64,000 bases of DNA from Actinomycetota bacterium (GCA_003139545.1 PLJC01000008.1:22874-86873); one strand, 5' to 3'. Positions 17,606 to 27,936 are shown, counted from the stretch's first letter. The notes: generated by a model not told the origin, from the sequence alone. Program-made: numbers and translations.

Positions 17606-18100
17606 ATGTCTCGACTCGGGCACAGCGCGAAGTCGACGCCGGCCCAACGCGCCGAGGTTCTGCGTCTGCGCTCTGAAGGACGCACGATCCGCGCGATCGC
17701 GGAAGAGGTGTTCGGCCATGAGCGCCTCCGCGGCCGAGTCGAGCGCATCGTCGCACCCAAGAGGGCTGCCGGATCGGGCTCTGAGTACAAGATGCCGCCG
17801 GGGGTCGAGCTTGAAGATGTTGATTTCGACGCGCTGACCCATCTCGAGCTCCTGCGTCTTCTCATGGACCGAACGCTGCGCTACTGGGCGAAGACCGGTG
17901 AGACACCATCGATGAACGAGCTCTCCAAGCAGCTCGACGTGATGCAGCGGCTTTACAGCATGGAGTCGTATGAGCGGACGCACGAGCTCACGATCGAGCC
18001 CCAGGGCCCGCAGAAAAGCGCGCCGGCGGAAGGCAACGACGCGTTCCCGGAGCTGAAGGGACGCAAGGCCAGAGGTCGAATGACAGACCGCATGCCCTGA
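17606..18100 (+). CDS. HTH-containing phage-like protein (possible small terminase-like)
   Basis: AAGGAG RBS, N-terminal HTH (EGRTIRAIAEEV), helical C-terminus. Confidence 0.5.
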   Translation: MSRLGHSAKSTPAQRAEVLRLRSEGRTIRAIAEEVFGHERLRGRVERIVAPKRAAGSGSEYKMPPGVELEDVDFDALTHLELLRLLMDRTLRYWAKTGETPSMNELSKQLDVMQRLYSMESYERTHELTIEPQGPQKSAPAEGNDAFPELKGRKARGRMTDRMP

Positions 18101-18189
18101 GGGGCCGGTAGTCGACGGCGACGGGCGTTCACTCGGGTCGAGGAGGACCGTGGACGCTCGCCGTTCTACTCGATATCACTCCAAATAAC

Positions 18190-19233
18190 TCAGAGATTCG
18201 CCGTCGCCACGAGCTGGAAGCGCGCGGGAAAGACCGCGCGGCCGGCGGCGCGCGCGATGCAGACGACTCCGTCCTCGAGCGGTTGCCGCAGCGCCTCGAG
18301 CGCCGGGCGCTGGAACTCGGCGAGCTCGTCGAGCAGGAGAACGCCCTGGTGCGCAAGGCTCGCCTCGCCGGGACGGATGCCCGGCCCACCGCCGACGATG
18401 GCCGCCGTCGAGGCGCTGTGATGCGGTGCGCGGAACGGCGGCGTATGCAAGAGCGGCTGCTCGGGCGGAAGGAGCCCGGCGACCGAGTGGATGCGCGTGA
18501 CCTCGAGTGCGGCTTCGTCGTCGAGCGGCGGCAGGATGCCCGGCAGGCGACGCGCCAGCATCGTTTTGCCCGTCCCGGGCGGCCCGGCGAGGAGGAGGTT
18601 CTGCCGTCCTGCGGCGGCGATCTCGAGTGCCCGTCGCGCCCGCTCCTGGCCGCGCACCTCGGAGAGGTCGGGGAGCGACACCGCCTCCGGCTCGGCGGGC
18701 GCAGACACGGGCTCGGGCTCGAGCTCGCCCCGCAGGTACGCGACCGCCTCGGCCAGATGAGCGACGGGAATCGGCCGCACGCCGGCGAAGGCCGCCTCCG
18801 GCGCCGACTCGGGCGGGCAGAGCAGGCACTCGATCCCGAGGCGGCGGGCACCCTCGGCGACCGCGAGGACGCCGCCAACGCGGCGCAGGCGGCCGTCGAG
18901 CGCGAGCTCGCCCACGGCCGCGTGCCGGTTCAGCTCAGCCTGCGGGATCTGCCGCGAGGCGGCGAGTATGGCGAGCGCGATCGGCAGGTCGTAGCCGGAG
19001 CCTTCCTTCCGCAGCCCCGCGGGTGCGAGGTTGACGGTGACACGCCCGCGCGGGAAATCGAGCTCGGCGGAGAGGATGCCGCTGCGGACCCGCGTGCGCG
19101 CCTCGGCGCAGGCGCGGTCGGGCAAGCCGACGATGGCGAACGTCGGTAGGCCGTTTTCGTGCACGTCCGCCTCCACCTCGACGCGGCGCGGCTCGAGGCC
19201 GACGAGCGCATGCGTGATCGCGCGTGCAAGCAC
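18190..19233 (-). pseudogene. comM: comM/yifB Mg-chelatase-like AAA+, 5' part only
   Basis: [29 protein letters not shown]; ends [13 protein letters not shown] where CPCG should follow. Confidence 0.9.
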
Positions 19234-19265
19234 GCCGACCACGCTAGGTGGGGAACCGATACGGC

Positions 19266-20648
19266 TTAGTCGAGGATCTTCAACGCGCCGAGCCCGAGCA
19301 GCTCGCGACAGAGCTTCACGGCTTGCTTGTCCGCGCCCAGCTTGCGGAGCGTCTTCTTCCCGTCCAGGCGCTCGACGAGCTCCACTGCCGAGGGCGTCGC
19401 CGGGAGGATCGAGCACGTGCCCTCGGCAAGGACGATCTCGGCGGACTTCCGGCCGAGCTCGCGCTCGAGCCGCAGCGGCATCGCGCGCGCGAGGCGCAGG
19501 TCGAGCAAGCCGTCCGACGACTGTCGACGGTTCGCGAACGCACGCCGGATCTGCTTGTCGGCTTCCTCGAGCGAGTCCTCGTCGATCTCGTCGATGCGCA
19601 CGCTCGTCCGACCCTTCTTCCGGTGCAGCAGGATCGCGCCCTCCCCCACGCCGCGCGCGCCGAGCTCGCTGATGTAGCTCGTCCAGCGCTCGAGCGCCTC
19701 CGCATACGTGCTCGCATCGGCGAAGAAGCTGCCGTTCCAGCTCGCGGCATGCTCGAGCGGATCGCTCTCGATCGACGTCAGGATCCACGCGTCGCACCCG
19801 GTGCCCTTCACCCACGCATTCGGACGTTGTTCCGGCCGGTCCTCGTCGACGATGAGCCAGCTCCCCAGCAGCGTCGCGTAGCCGCCGGGTGAGAGGTGCG
19901 CAGCTGCCTCGCTGACGACGTGCGCGGTGACATCGTCACCGCGGAAACCGCTGTCGCGGTATGCCCACCGCTGCTCAGGCGAGACGACGAACGGTGCGTT
20001 GCACACGACGAGGCCGAAGGTCTCTCCTTCGACGGGCGCGAAGAAGCTGCCGTTGCGGCACTCGATGTTGTCTAGCCCGTTGAGCGCTGCGTTCAGCTCG
20101 GTGTATGCGAGCGCGCGATCGTTGACATCGATCGCGACGACGTGGTCTGCGTGTCTCGCGGCGAGGAGCGCGTGGATCCCGCTGCCCGTGCCGACGTCGA
20201 GCGCACGCCGGACGCGCGGACGCGGCGTCAGCAGGTCGCACGTGCGCGCCGTCGGCGTGTAGGTCGCCACGTAATCCGGCGGGTCGTCGGCATCGCGCGT
20301 GAACCCGTCCGAAGCGAGGAGCGTGTCGTCCACCGGCAGGATGCGCCCAAGCGGGACGAGCTCGTCGCCCCGCCGGCTGACGAGATTCGTGGCGAGAAGC
20401 GCGTCAACGCCGCCGCTTCCGAACGCGGCGACTACCTTGCCCTCGGGAACGCCGAGCTCGAGGTAGAGCAGGCGGATCGCAGTCTCGAGCGGAGACTCCG
20501 ACAGCCGGCGTTCGGCGACGACGACCTCTTCGCGCTCCTCGACCTCGTCGCCGACGAGGTCGGAGATCGCGTCGCTCTCGTAGCCGAGGTCGCGCAGCAC
20601 AGCGCCGAGCACCTCTGCGGCGGGACGATCCGGGACCGGAGACTTCAC
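19266..20648 (-). CDS. Class I SAM-dependent methyltransferase (MTS/HemK-like)
   Basis: [14 protein letters not shown]. Confidence 0.85.
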   Translation of the reverse strand: MKSPVPDRPAAEVLGAVLRDLGYESDAISDLVGDEVEEREEVVVAERRLSESPLETAIRLLYLELGVPEGKVVAAFGSGGVDALLATNLVSRRGDELVPLGRILPVDDTLLASDGFTRDADDPPDYVATYTPTARTCDLLTPRPRVRRALDVGTGSGIHALLAARHADHVVAIDVNDRALAYTELNAALNGLDNIECRNGSFFAPVEGETFGLVVCNAPFVVSPEQRWAYRDSGFRGDDVTAHVVSEAAAHLSPGGYATLLGSWLIVDEDRPEQRPNAWVKGTGCDAWILTSIESDPLEHAASWNGSFFADASTYAEALERWTSYISELGARGVGEGAILLHRKKGRTSVRIDEIDEDSLEEADKQIRRAFANRRQSSDGLLDLRLARAMPLRLERELGRKSAEIVLAEGTCSILPATPSAVELVERLDGKKTLRKLGADKQAVKLCRELLGLGALKILD

Positions 20649-20657
20649 CAGGCGAGA

Positions 20658-21776
20658 CTACTGGCGCGCGACGAGGACGTCCTCGTAGTACTCACCGGCA
20701 CGTCGGCCCGTTCTCCGGTTCACGTGCCTGCGCAGACGCCCCTCGAGGCGCAACCCCGCCCGTTCGAGGATGACGGGATACAGGTTGCGGCGATCGTTCA
20801 CGACGATCAGGACCGGGGCGTCAGGCGCGAGCGCGGAGGCGGCGTTCGCTAGCGCGGCCGCGATGCCGTCGGTGTACGCGTCGAGCGCTGCCCGCGAGGT
20901 TCCGCCTTCTGCTGCGCCGAGCTCGAGCTCGCGGCGGTCGTCCAGGCCGAGGAGCTCGTACGCATAGCGGTGCTGCTCGTGGTAGTCGATCAGTCCGGGA
21001 TAGGGCGGAGACGTGAGCACGCCGTCGAAGACGGCCTCGTACTCGACCGTGCGCGAATCGCCATGGACGACACGCGCTTCGCGTTCGACGTCCCGGACGG
21101 ACGCGAATTTGGCAATGCGCACCAACGTGTCGAGCGTATAGCGGCGCAGGAAACCCGCGGCCGACTCGACCGGCCGACATGTGCGCCGGTGCTTGTGGCA
21201 CCAGTACTCCCCGACCTGCGGCGCCCGCGGCGCTTCGAGGTCGAAATGTGCCGTGCGACGAGCGGAGCGTGCGGCCCTCGAAAGGATGACGCGCAGCACG
21301 TCTTCGTGTTCGTACTCGCCGATCACGTCGCGGAAGGCGAGCAGCTCCTTCGCCGCCTGCGGCTCGTACCACCTGCGCAGGTATGCCGTGGGCCGTGCCT
21401 TCGTCGCAAGAGAGTCGAGCCGCGCGGAGACATCGCGAAGCTCCGCCCCCAGCGCCTCGACGTCGTAGTGCGCGGTCTTGACGCGCATGAGCAGGCAGTT
21501 GAACGCCGCGAGCTCCGTGCCCGTCGCGTCCATCCCCGACTCGAGCGCCTGCACGAGCGTCGTCCCGGAGCCGGCGAACGGATCGAGCACGCGCCCGCCG
21601 GTCGGCAGGTACCGGTCGAGCAGTACCTCAACGAGCTGCGGGATGAACTTGCCGTGGTACGGATGCAGCCGGTGCACGTGCTTTGTCCGCACGTTCTCTG
21701 GCAGCGCACGCTCCGACCAGGACATCTCACGATCGACGTTTAGGGACGCGTAAAGCTCCTCTTGCGTGGCGGCCAC
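20658..21776 (-). CDS. Orphan alpha-class N4-cytosine-type DNA methyltransferase
   Basis: HPYHGKF, DPFAGSGTT before TSPPY. Confidence 0.85.
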   Translation of the reverse strand: MAATQEELYASLNVDREMSWSERALPENVRTKHVHRLHPYHGKFIPQLVEVLLDRYLPTGGRVLDPFAGSGTTLVQALESGMDATGTELAAFNCLLMRVKTAHYDVEALGAELRDVSARLDSLATKARPTAYLRRWYEPQAAKELLAFRDVIGEYEHEDVLRVILSRAARSARRTAHFDLEAPRAPQVGEYWCHKHRRTCRPVESAAGFLRRYTLDTLVRIAKFASVRDVEREARVVHGDSRTVEYEAVFDGVLTSPPYPGLIDYHEQHRYAYELLGLDDRRELELGAAEGGTSRAALDAYTDGIAAALANAASALAPDAPVLIVVNDRRNLYPVILERAGLRLEGRLRRHVNRRTGRRAGEYYEDVLVARQ

Positions 21777-21893
21777 TGCTCGCTGTTCAACAGGTGTGCA
21801 TGAGGTCCTTGTGAGTGATTACTAGGTCCGTTCGGCGTCCGACTGCTCGCTTACGTTGTTGGAGACCCTTCAACACGCTAAGGAGGTGAATAA

Positions 21894-22208
21894 ATGCCTG
21901 CTCGCTCTTTGACACACGACTGCGCGATTCCGGGGTGTCCCCACCCCGGCCGTAATCAGCTCGGCGTTCGGGATCGCGTCGCACACTCGGGTGCGTCGCC
22001 TTTTCCGAACAAGAAGCGGACCGATGCTCTGTGGTCGCTGGAGACGCCGATGTTCCTTTGCGACGACCACGCCTTGATGGGTGGTGTGGTGCGGCTCACG
22101 TTCGAACCGAACACGAGCCAGGAGATCGTCGTCGAGTCCTCGTGCTGCGGCACCGAGTTCGAGGCCCGGTCCAAGTCGATCAATCAGCCGCTCAGCGAGG
22201 CGGCGTGA
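21894..22208 (+). CDS. Small Cys/His-rich hypothetical protein
   Basis: AAGGAGGTGA RBS; Cx4C, Cx2H and CC motifs. Confidence 0.75.
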   Translation: MPARSLTHDCAIPGCPHPGRNQLGVRDRVAHSGASPFPNKKRTDALWSLETPMFLCDDHALMGGVVRLTFEPNTSQEIVVESSCCGTEFEARSKSINQPLSEAA

Positions 22209-22222
22209 CCTAAGCGCGCGGC

Positions 22223-22249
22223 GTGCTCGGGCCGAAAGTCCCGAGCACA
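22223..22249. terminator. Hairpin between convergent genes
   Basis: GTGCTCGGG-CCGAAAGT-CCCGAGCAC. Confidence 0.5.
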
Positions 22250-22255
22250 GCCTCG

Positions 22256-22732
22256 CTAGTCGGCCAGCCACCCCTGCTTGTAGGGCACTTTCGGGAACTC
22301 GATCCCGGCGTAGGCCTCCTTCGGGCTCGAAGTCTCCTCGGCCACTCCGGCGCCGTGCTTCTGCGCCACCGGGTCGGCCGGATAGAGGACTCCGCGCTCC
22401 CCCGTGCGAGAGCCGACGGCGAGCACGAGGCACGGCCCATCGCTCGCTCCGACGATGGCGTGCGCGACGCCGGCGGGACAGTGGAAGAGGTCCCACTTCC
22501 GCAGCGCCTGCTCCTCGCCCTCGACGATGAGCAGGCACTCCCCTTCGAGCACGAGGAAGTCCTCCTGTGCCGGCTCGCGGTGGTACATCGTCATCGGCTC
22601 GCCCGGCTGCATCACGTTGAGATTGATGCCGAGCTCCGGGAAGCGCTCGCCCTCGCGCTGCCAGTCGCAGAACTTGCCGAGCTTGCAGTCGATCCACGTC
22701 GCGTCGCGCGCGTTCTGCACGAACCAGTCCAT
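22256..22732 (-). CDS. Cupin domain protein
   Basis: YHREPAQEDFLVLEG, CPAGVAHAI. Confidence 0.85.
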   Translation of the reverse strand: MDWFVQNARDATWIDCKLGKFCDWQREGERFPELGINLNVMQPGEPMTMYHREPAQEDFLVLEGECLLIVEGEEQALRKWDLFHCPAGVAHAIVGASDGPCLVLAVGSRTGERGVLYPADPVAQKHGAGVAEETSSPKEAYAGIEFPKVPYKQGWLAD

Positions 22733-22741
22733 GCGGTGATC

Positions 22742-23065
22742 CTAGAACGCGTCGGGAATCCTGCGCAGCCTCCCCTCCCACACGGCGACGACGTCGAAGG
22801 CGACGTCGAGGCCGCCGAGCTCCGGATGTGCCGCCAGCCACGCACGGGCAGCGTTGCGGACGCGGCGCTGCTTCTCCGCAGTGACCATCTCGGCAGGATC
22901 GCCATAGGCGACGCCCCGCTTCTCCTTCACCTCGACGAAGCGCAAGCTCCGACCGCGCCTGGCGACGAGATCGATCTCGTTGCGTCCCGCCCAGACGTTG
23001 GCGCCGAGGATGCGCCAGCCGCGCAGCCGGTACCAGCGCGCGGCCCGGCGCTCGGCCGCATTCAT
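22742..23065 (-). CDS. yraN: YraN/UPF0102 endonuclease-like protein
   Basis: EIDLVA, FVEVK, FDVVAV. Confidence 0.9.
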   Translation of the reverse strand: MNAAERRAARWYRLRGWRILGANVWAGRNEIDLVARRGRSLRFVEVKEKRGVAYGDPAEMVTAEKQRRVRNAARAWLAAHPELGGLDVAFDVVAVWEGRLRRIPDAF

Positions 23066-23108
23066 GGGGCGCCTAGCGGCCCATGAACCGGGGAGGGGTT
23101 GAGGTTCT

Positions 23109-23207
23109 TGCGGGGGAACCGGGAGGTTCTCCCGCACAACATTCGAAGAAGGGAGCTCGTGAGGGAAACACGGTTTCCCTCACGGGAGCGAGCCGAAGGC
23201 GAGCGAC
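23109..23207. repeat. REP-like double-hairpin element
   Basis: TGCGGGGGAACC-GGGA-GGTTCTCCCGCA and CGTGAGGGAAAC-ACG-GTTTCCCTCACG. Confidence 0.65.
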
Positions 23208-23834
23208 TCACCGGTAACAGAGAGCCTGAAACGACAGGCGGTGCACCGCGGATGGGCCGCGCTCGCGCACGACCGCCGAATGTCCGGGCGTGATGTAGCC
23301 GACGTGCTGCGCGAATCCGTACGCGGGATAGAGCGCGTCCAGCCTGCGCATCAGACGGTCACGCGTTACCTTCGCGACAATCGACGCGGCCGCGATCGCC
23401 GCGCTCTTCTCGTCGCCGTCGACGACGGCGGTGTGCTCGGGCGCGAGCGGCCCGAGGCGGAAGCCGTCGACGAGGCACGCGTCCGCGGGCGGCGACAGCG
23501 CCTGCAGCATCGCGCGCAGGCCGGCGAGGTTCGACTTGTGCAGGCCGTTGCGGTCGATGTCGCCGGCGGGGATCGCACGCACGACGACCTTCTCCGCACA
23601 GCCGAGCACGGCGTGGAAGAGCTCCTCGCGCCGCTCCTCGGAGCACTGCTTCGAGTCGTTGAGATACGCGAGCGGCCGCACGCGGTGCTCCTTCAGCGCG
23701 GCGTAGTCGAGCAATACGCCCGCCACGACGAGCGGCCCGGCGAGCGATCCGCGTCCCGCCTCATCGGCGCCGGCGACGAAGCGTGCACCGAGGTTCCGGT
23801 CGAACTTGAGGAGCCTCTGGCCGGTCCGCTTCAC
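23208..23834 (-). CDS. rnhB: Ribonuclease HII
   Basis: GADEAGRG, LNDSK, IAAASIVAKVTRD. Confidence 0.95.
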   Translation of the reverse strand: MKRTGQRLLKFDRNLGARFVAGADEAGRGSLAGPLVVAGVLLDYAALKEHRVRPLAYLNDSKQCSEERREELFHAVLGCAEKVVVRAIPAGDIDRNGLHKSNLAGLRAMLQALSPPADACLVDGFRLGPLAPEHTAVVDGDEKSAAIAAASIVAKVTRDRLMRRLDALYPAYGFAQHVGYITPGHSAVVRERGPSAVHRLSFQALCYR

Positions 23835-23852
23835 GCGGCCGACGATAGCGCG

Positions 23853-24314
23853 CTACTCGGGCGTTGCGACAGTGTCTTCTTCGGCCGCGACCGGTTCCTC
23901 GGTCTCAACCTCAGCAGGCGCGTCCTCGAGCCCAGGCTCGTCGTCGACCACTGCATCCGGCTTCGCGCCGCTGTAGCGCTGCTCGCGGACGCGCGCCTTC
24001 TTGCCGACCCGGCCACGGAGGTAGTAGAGCTTGGCCCGGTTCACGTCGCCGACGGCGGCGACGTCGATCGTCTCGATCTTGGGCGAATGCAGCGGGAATG
24101 TCCGCTCGACGCCGACGCCGAACGACTGCTTCCGGACGGTGAAGGTCTCGCGGGCACCCGAGCCCTGCCGCTTGATCACGATGCCCTCGAACACCTGCAC
24201 GCGGCGGCGCTGGCCCTCGATCACCTGGAAGTGCACGCGCACCGTGTCCCCCGCCTTGAAGCGGGGAACTTTGCGCATTTGGGCGCGCTCGATCGAATCG
24301 ATGACGTTGCTCAT
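23853..24314 (-). CDS. rplS: 50S ribosomal protein L19
   Basis: [15 protein letters not shown]; acidic tail. Confidence 0.97.
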   Translation of the reverse strand: MSNVIDSIERAQMRKVPRFKAGDTVRVHFQVIEGQRRRVQVFEGIVIKRQGSGARETFTVRKQSFGVGVERTFPLHSPKIETIDVAAVGDVNRAKLYYLRGRVGKKARVREQRYSGAKPDAVVDDEPGLEDAPAEVETEEPVAAEEDTVATPE

Positions 24315-24357
24315 GGGAAAAGGCGGCCCGCAGGCCGGAGCGCAGGTTAGCGAATAT

Positions 24358-24963
24358 TCAGGGTTTCTCGGGCGCGATGAGCGCTGCGAGCACGTCTCTG
24401 CCGCCCTGGAGCACGGGAGCGCCGTGCGCGAGGAGGATCCGCTCCACCGGCAGGTCCAGGAGCGGGAGGAGCGACTTCACGAGCTTCTTCGTCGTCGCTC
24501 CCTCGAGCCAGTTCTCCGGGCAGAGCCGGAGCGGCTCCGAGGTCGCATGCGGCTTCGCGCCGGCTCCGAGGAGCACATCCCCGACGACGAGTGCCTTCTG
24601 CTGGGGCAGCCAGTAGACGACCTCGCCCTCGTGGGCGGTCGCGAACGCCTTGATCCCGCCCGGCAGCTCGGGGTCAGCCTCGAACGGGTCGGTGACGACG
24701 ACGCCGCGGTTCTTCAGCTTCCGGCCGCCGCGGGCCTGCGCCCAGACGTGCTCCGCTCCGAGCTCACCGCCGGAGCGGCCGTGCGCGTAGAGGGTGATGA
24801 GCACGTGCGCCGGCGAACGCACCTCCGGCGGCGGGTCGAGCGGGTCGATGAGGACGAGCCCGCCGGGCGTGTCCACGGCGACGGAGCCGACCTCCTGCCG
24901 CCATTCTGGATGCCAGGCCGACCAGCGCCGCAGCCCAGGGGCCACCTGTTCGAGCCTGCTCAT
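24358..24963 (-). CDS. Metallo-beta-lactamase-fold protein
   Basis: LIDP, VVGDVL, LLAHG. Confidence 0.7.
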   Translation of the reverse strand: MSRLEQVAPGLRRWSAWHPEWRQEVGSVAVDTPGGLVLIDPLDPPPEVRSPAHVLITLYAHGRSGGELGAEHVWAQARGGRKLKNRGVVVTDPFEADPELPGGIKAFATAHEGEVVYWLPQQKALVVGDVLLGAGAKPHATSEPLRLCPENWLEGATTKKLVKSLLPLLDLPVERILLAHGAPVLQGGRDVLAALIAPEKP

Positions 24964-24973
24964 GCCAGCTCCT

Positions 24974-25606
24974 TTAGCGGAACCCGATGCGGTTCGGGGG
25001 CCAGTAGACGAAGAACACGGTTCCGATCAAGTTCTTCCGCGGGACCGACCCCCACTCCCGCGAATCGCACGACTCGGCGCGATTGTCTCCCATGAAGAAG
25101 TAGTCGCCCAGGGGCACCTGCCAACTCTTTCCATAATGAGAGGTATCTGCCAAGCGCCGCTGGGCCTGGACGTACGGTTCCGTCAGCTTGTAGAAGGTGG
25201 TCCCGCGGAACGGCTCGATCCAGATATAGCCCTGGTTGTCCTCCTTGATCGTCTCCCCGGGCAGCCCGATCAGCCGCTTGACGAAGGTGCCGCCGGCGCC
25301 GCATTTCACCAGCGCGAGCGGCGGCGTGTTGAAGACGATGATCTGGCCGCGATGCGGGCTGGAGACGTCGAGGCAGACCCGGCAGGCGAGCACGCGGTCG
25401 CTGAAGCCGGCCTCGCATCCGGGCGCGGGCCGCGCGCAGTGCAGCGTCGGCTCCATCGACGACGACGGGATCCGGTACGGATTGACGACGAATGCCTTCA
25501 GGGCGAGGACGATGACGATGGCCCCCGCGATCGTCAGGAACCAGTCCAGCGCCACGCGGACGGGCCGGGGCAGGTTCGGGAAGAGGTGGCCGAGCGGGTC
25601 CCTCAT
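24974..25606 (-). CDS. lepB: Signal peptidase I
   Basis: IPSSSMEPTL, FVKRLIGLPG, GDNRAESCDSR. Confidence 0.93.
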   Translation of the reverse strand: MRDPLGHLFPNLPRPVRVALDWFLTIAGAIVIVLALKAFVVNPYRIPSSSMEPTLHCARPAPGCEAGFSDRVLACRVCLDVSSPHRGQIIVFNTPPLALVKCGAGGTFVKRLIGLPGETIKEDNQGYIWIEPFRGTTFYKLTEPYVQAQRRLADTSHYGKSWQVPLGDYFFMGDNRAESCDSREWGSVPRKNLIGTVFFVYWPPNRIGFR

Positions 25607-26244
25607 CTGACGTTGCCTCTGCGCCAAGCGTCGATGCGCGCGTGGTCGCCGGAGAGGAGCACGTCCGGCACCGTCCAGCCGCGGAAGTCCGGGGGCCGCG
25701 TGTAGTGCGGGTACTCGAGCGCCCCGCCGAGCTCGACCGAGAAGCTCTCCATCTCCCCGGAGCCCTCGGCCAGGGCGCCCGGCAGCCGGCGCGCGACCGC
25801 GTCGAGCAGCACCATCGCCGGGAGCTCCCCGTTGGAGAGGACGTAGGGGCCGATCGAGATGGCGTCGCTGCAGAGGTGCTGCACGATCCGGTCGTCGAAG
25901 CCCTCGAAGCGCGACGAGAGGAGCGTGACCTCCTCCTCGCCGGCGAGCTCCTCCACGACCTCCTGCGTCAGGGGCCGCCCCTGCGGCGTGAGCGCGATCA
26001 CCCGGCGCGGCGGCTCGTCGCCGTAGGCGGCCTCGAGCGCCGCGGCGACGACGTCGACGCGCAGGACCATCCCGGCGCCGCCACCGTACGGCTCGTCGTC
26101 GACCTGCCCGGCCCGGAGCGGCGTCGTGTCGCGGTAGCTGAAAAGGCGCAGCTCGAGCCCGTCGCCGAGGATGCCTGCGATCGGCCGCTGCTCCGTGAGC
26201 CAGGCGAACGCGTGCGGGACGAGGGTGAAGACGTCGACTCTCAT
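25603..26244 (-). CDS. trmD: tRNA (guanine-N1)-methyltransferase
   Basis: DDEPYGGGAGM, SIGPYVLSNGE. Confidence 0.95.
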   Translation of the reverse strand: MRVDVFTLVPHAFAWLTEQRPIAGILGDGLELRLFSYRDTTPLRAGQVDDEPYGGGAGMVLRVDVVAAALEAAYGDEPPRRVIALTPQGRPLTQEVVEELAGEEEVTLLSSRFEGFDDRIVQHLCSDAISIGPYVLSNGELPAMVLLDAVARRLPGALAEGSGEMESFSVELGGALEYPHYTRPPDFRGWTVPDVLLSGDHARIDAWRRGNVR

Positions 26245-26711
26245 TGCGGGTCTGCAAAGCCTGGAGCCACCACGATCCGCCCACCCTCGATATCCACCGA
26301 CCGCACGCAGGCTTCGACGAGCGGCAGGAACATGCCCGAGTCCAGCTCGAGCACGTCGTTCGCAGGGTAATCGACCACGTCGGCAACGCGGCCCAGGAAC
26401 CGGCCTCCCTCCTCCTCCACGGCCACGCCGACGAGCTGAAAGGCGTAGTACTCATCCTCCCCGAGCGGAGGAAGGCTCTTACGGGGCACGGCCAGGACGG
26501 CGCCGCGCTCGACCGCCCGGTCGAGCTTGATCACGGGCCGATTTCCGCCTCCACGGCGGGAGACGACCACTTTCGCGGGCTCGTCGCCCACGTAGACCTC
26601 CGCGTCCTTCGCGAAGACGGCGGGATTGTCGCTCGGGACCTCGACGAAGAACGCGCCGTCGACCCCGTGCGGCCGGCCCACACGACCGACCGGGACGAGG
26701 TCAGAGGCCAA
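26241..26711 (-). CDS. rimM: Ribosome maturation factor RimM
   Basis: VGRVGRPHGVDG, EDEYY, ANDVL; gene context. Confidence 0.9.
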   Translation of the reverse strand: MASDLVPVGRVGRPHGVDGAFFVEVPSDNPAVFAKDAEVYVGDEPAKVVVSRRGGGNRPVIKLDRAVERGAVLAVPRKSLPPLGEDEYYAFQLVGVAVEEEGGRFLGRVADVVDYPANDVLELDSGMFLPLVEACVRSVDIEGGRIVVAPGFADPQ

Positions 26712-27291
26712 TGCGCGTGTACTCGGCGAGCGTCTCGGCCCGCGTGTGCTCCGGGGCGGGCGCGCCCTCGTACGGCGTGAACCGGTGGACGAGGTCGAGC
26801 GTCCAGTACGCACCCGGCTTCGCTTCGAACGGCTTGCCGACACTGCCGGAGTTGATCACTCGCTTTCCCGCGATCGTGCGCTCGAATTGCATGTGCGTGT
26901 GCCCGCACACGACGACGTCGGCGTCGACGTCCTCGAACAGGAATGCGATGCGCTCCTCGGGAGTGCGCTCAGTGAAGATGTCCATGTCGTTACGCGGCGT
27001 TGCGTGGCAGTACAGAACGCGATCGATCTGCACCGTCGGCGGGAGGCCGTGGAGAAACGTGACTTGCTCGCCGCTCAGGTGCGACTCCGTCGTGATCTCT
27101 CGGTCCGTGTTGCCCCGTACCCAGACGACTCGCTCGCCGAGCGCGCGCAGCCGCTCGAGCGCCTCGGCCGGTTGCTCACCGGCGAAGCAGATGTCGCCGC
27201 CAATGACGATGGTCGCGTCGTCCGGGATCTCGGCGAGCACGACCTCGAGCGCGGCGAGATTCCCGTGGATGTCGTACAGAGTGGCGACCAC
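26701..27291 (-). CDS. Metallophosphoesterase family protein
   Basis: DIHGN, GGD, GNTD, GHTH, NSGS. Confidence 0.88.
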   Translation of the reverse strand: MVATLYDIHGNLAALEVVLAEIPDDATIVIGGDICFAGEQPAEALERLRALGERVVWVRGNTDREITTESHLSGEQVTFLHGLPPTVQIDRVLYCHATPRNDMDIFTERTPEERIAFLFEDVDADVVVCGHTHMQFERTIAGKRVINSGSVGKPFEAKPGAYWTLDLVHRFTPYEGAPAPEHTRAETLAEYTRIGL

Positions 27292-27524
27292 TACCCGGCG
27301 ATCTCGAGCTGCATCCGACGACCCGCGTTCGGGCCGCCAGCCCTCACAACCGCGCGCAACGCGCGAGCGATGCGCCCCTGCCGGCCGATCACCTTGCCCA
27401 CGTCGCCCTCGGCGACGTGCAGGCGAAAGACGAGCGAGCCATCGTCGCCTTCGACCTGCTCGACGCGCACGGCGTCGGGCTCGTCGACGAGCCGCCGCGC
27501 CAACTCGGCGAGCAGCTCGTCCAC
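27291..27524 (-). CDS. khpA: KH domain RNA-binding protein
   Basis: DVGKVIGRQGR; GTG start at 27524. Confidence 0.9.
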   Translation of the reverse strand: MDELLAELARRLVDEPDAVRVEQVEGDDGSLVFRLHVAEGDVGKVIGRQGRIARALRAVVRAGGPNAGRRMQLEIAG

Positions 27525-27525
27525 G

Positions 27526-27693
27526 TTAGTGCCCCTTCCAGCAACAGTCAGTGCGTCCCTGGGCGGCTGCAAAGCGGCGCGCTGCTGCGTCCTCGGTCGC
27601 TTCCGTAGCTCTGCTACGGCCGCTCCCTGCGTCCTTGCATCGCTTGCTTTTCGCGCGCCAGGAACGCGAGACCGTCACTGGAAGGGGCACTAA
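27526..27693. mobile_element. MITE with 16-bp terminal inverted repeats
   Basis: TTAGTGCCCCTTCCAG ... CTGGAAGGGGCACTAA; central CCGTAGC-TCT-GCTACGG hairpin. Confidence 0.8.
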
Positions 27694-27932
27694 GAGATTC
27701 CCTTGATCTTGAGCAGCTTGGCGACGGGATCCGTCGGCTGTGCGCCCTTCTGCAGCCAGCTCCGAACCTTCTCCTCGTCGAACTCGATCAGCGACGGCTC
27801 GTGCTGCGGGTTGTACCGGCCGACGATCTCGATGAACTTGCCGTCACGCGGCGAGCGCGTGTCGGCGGCGACGACGCGGTAGATCGGGTTCTTCTTCGAC
27901 CCGACCCGCGTCAACCTCAATTTCACTGACAT
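27690..27932 (-). CDS. rpsP: 30S ribosomal protein S16
   Basis: [18 protein letters not shown]. Confidence 0.97.
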   Translation of the reverse strand: MSVKLRLTRVGSKKNPIYRVVAADTRSPRDGKFIEIVGRYNPQHEPSLIEFDEEKVRSWLQKGAQPTDPVAKLLKIKGIS

Positions 27933-27936
27933 TGAC

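Larger units (their letters stand above)
1..18190. mobile_element. Accessory/genomic island inserted in comM; left end outside window
   Basis: comM truncated at 18190; defence, regulator and phage-like cargo; visibly more AT in third codon positions than the core; att-like repeats inside; no integrase in window. Confidence 0.75.

Noticed and set aside
1..18190. Integrase, transposase or reverse transcriptase within the island
   Set aside because: No ORF shows recognisable tyrosine/serine recombinase, DDE or RT motifs.
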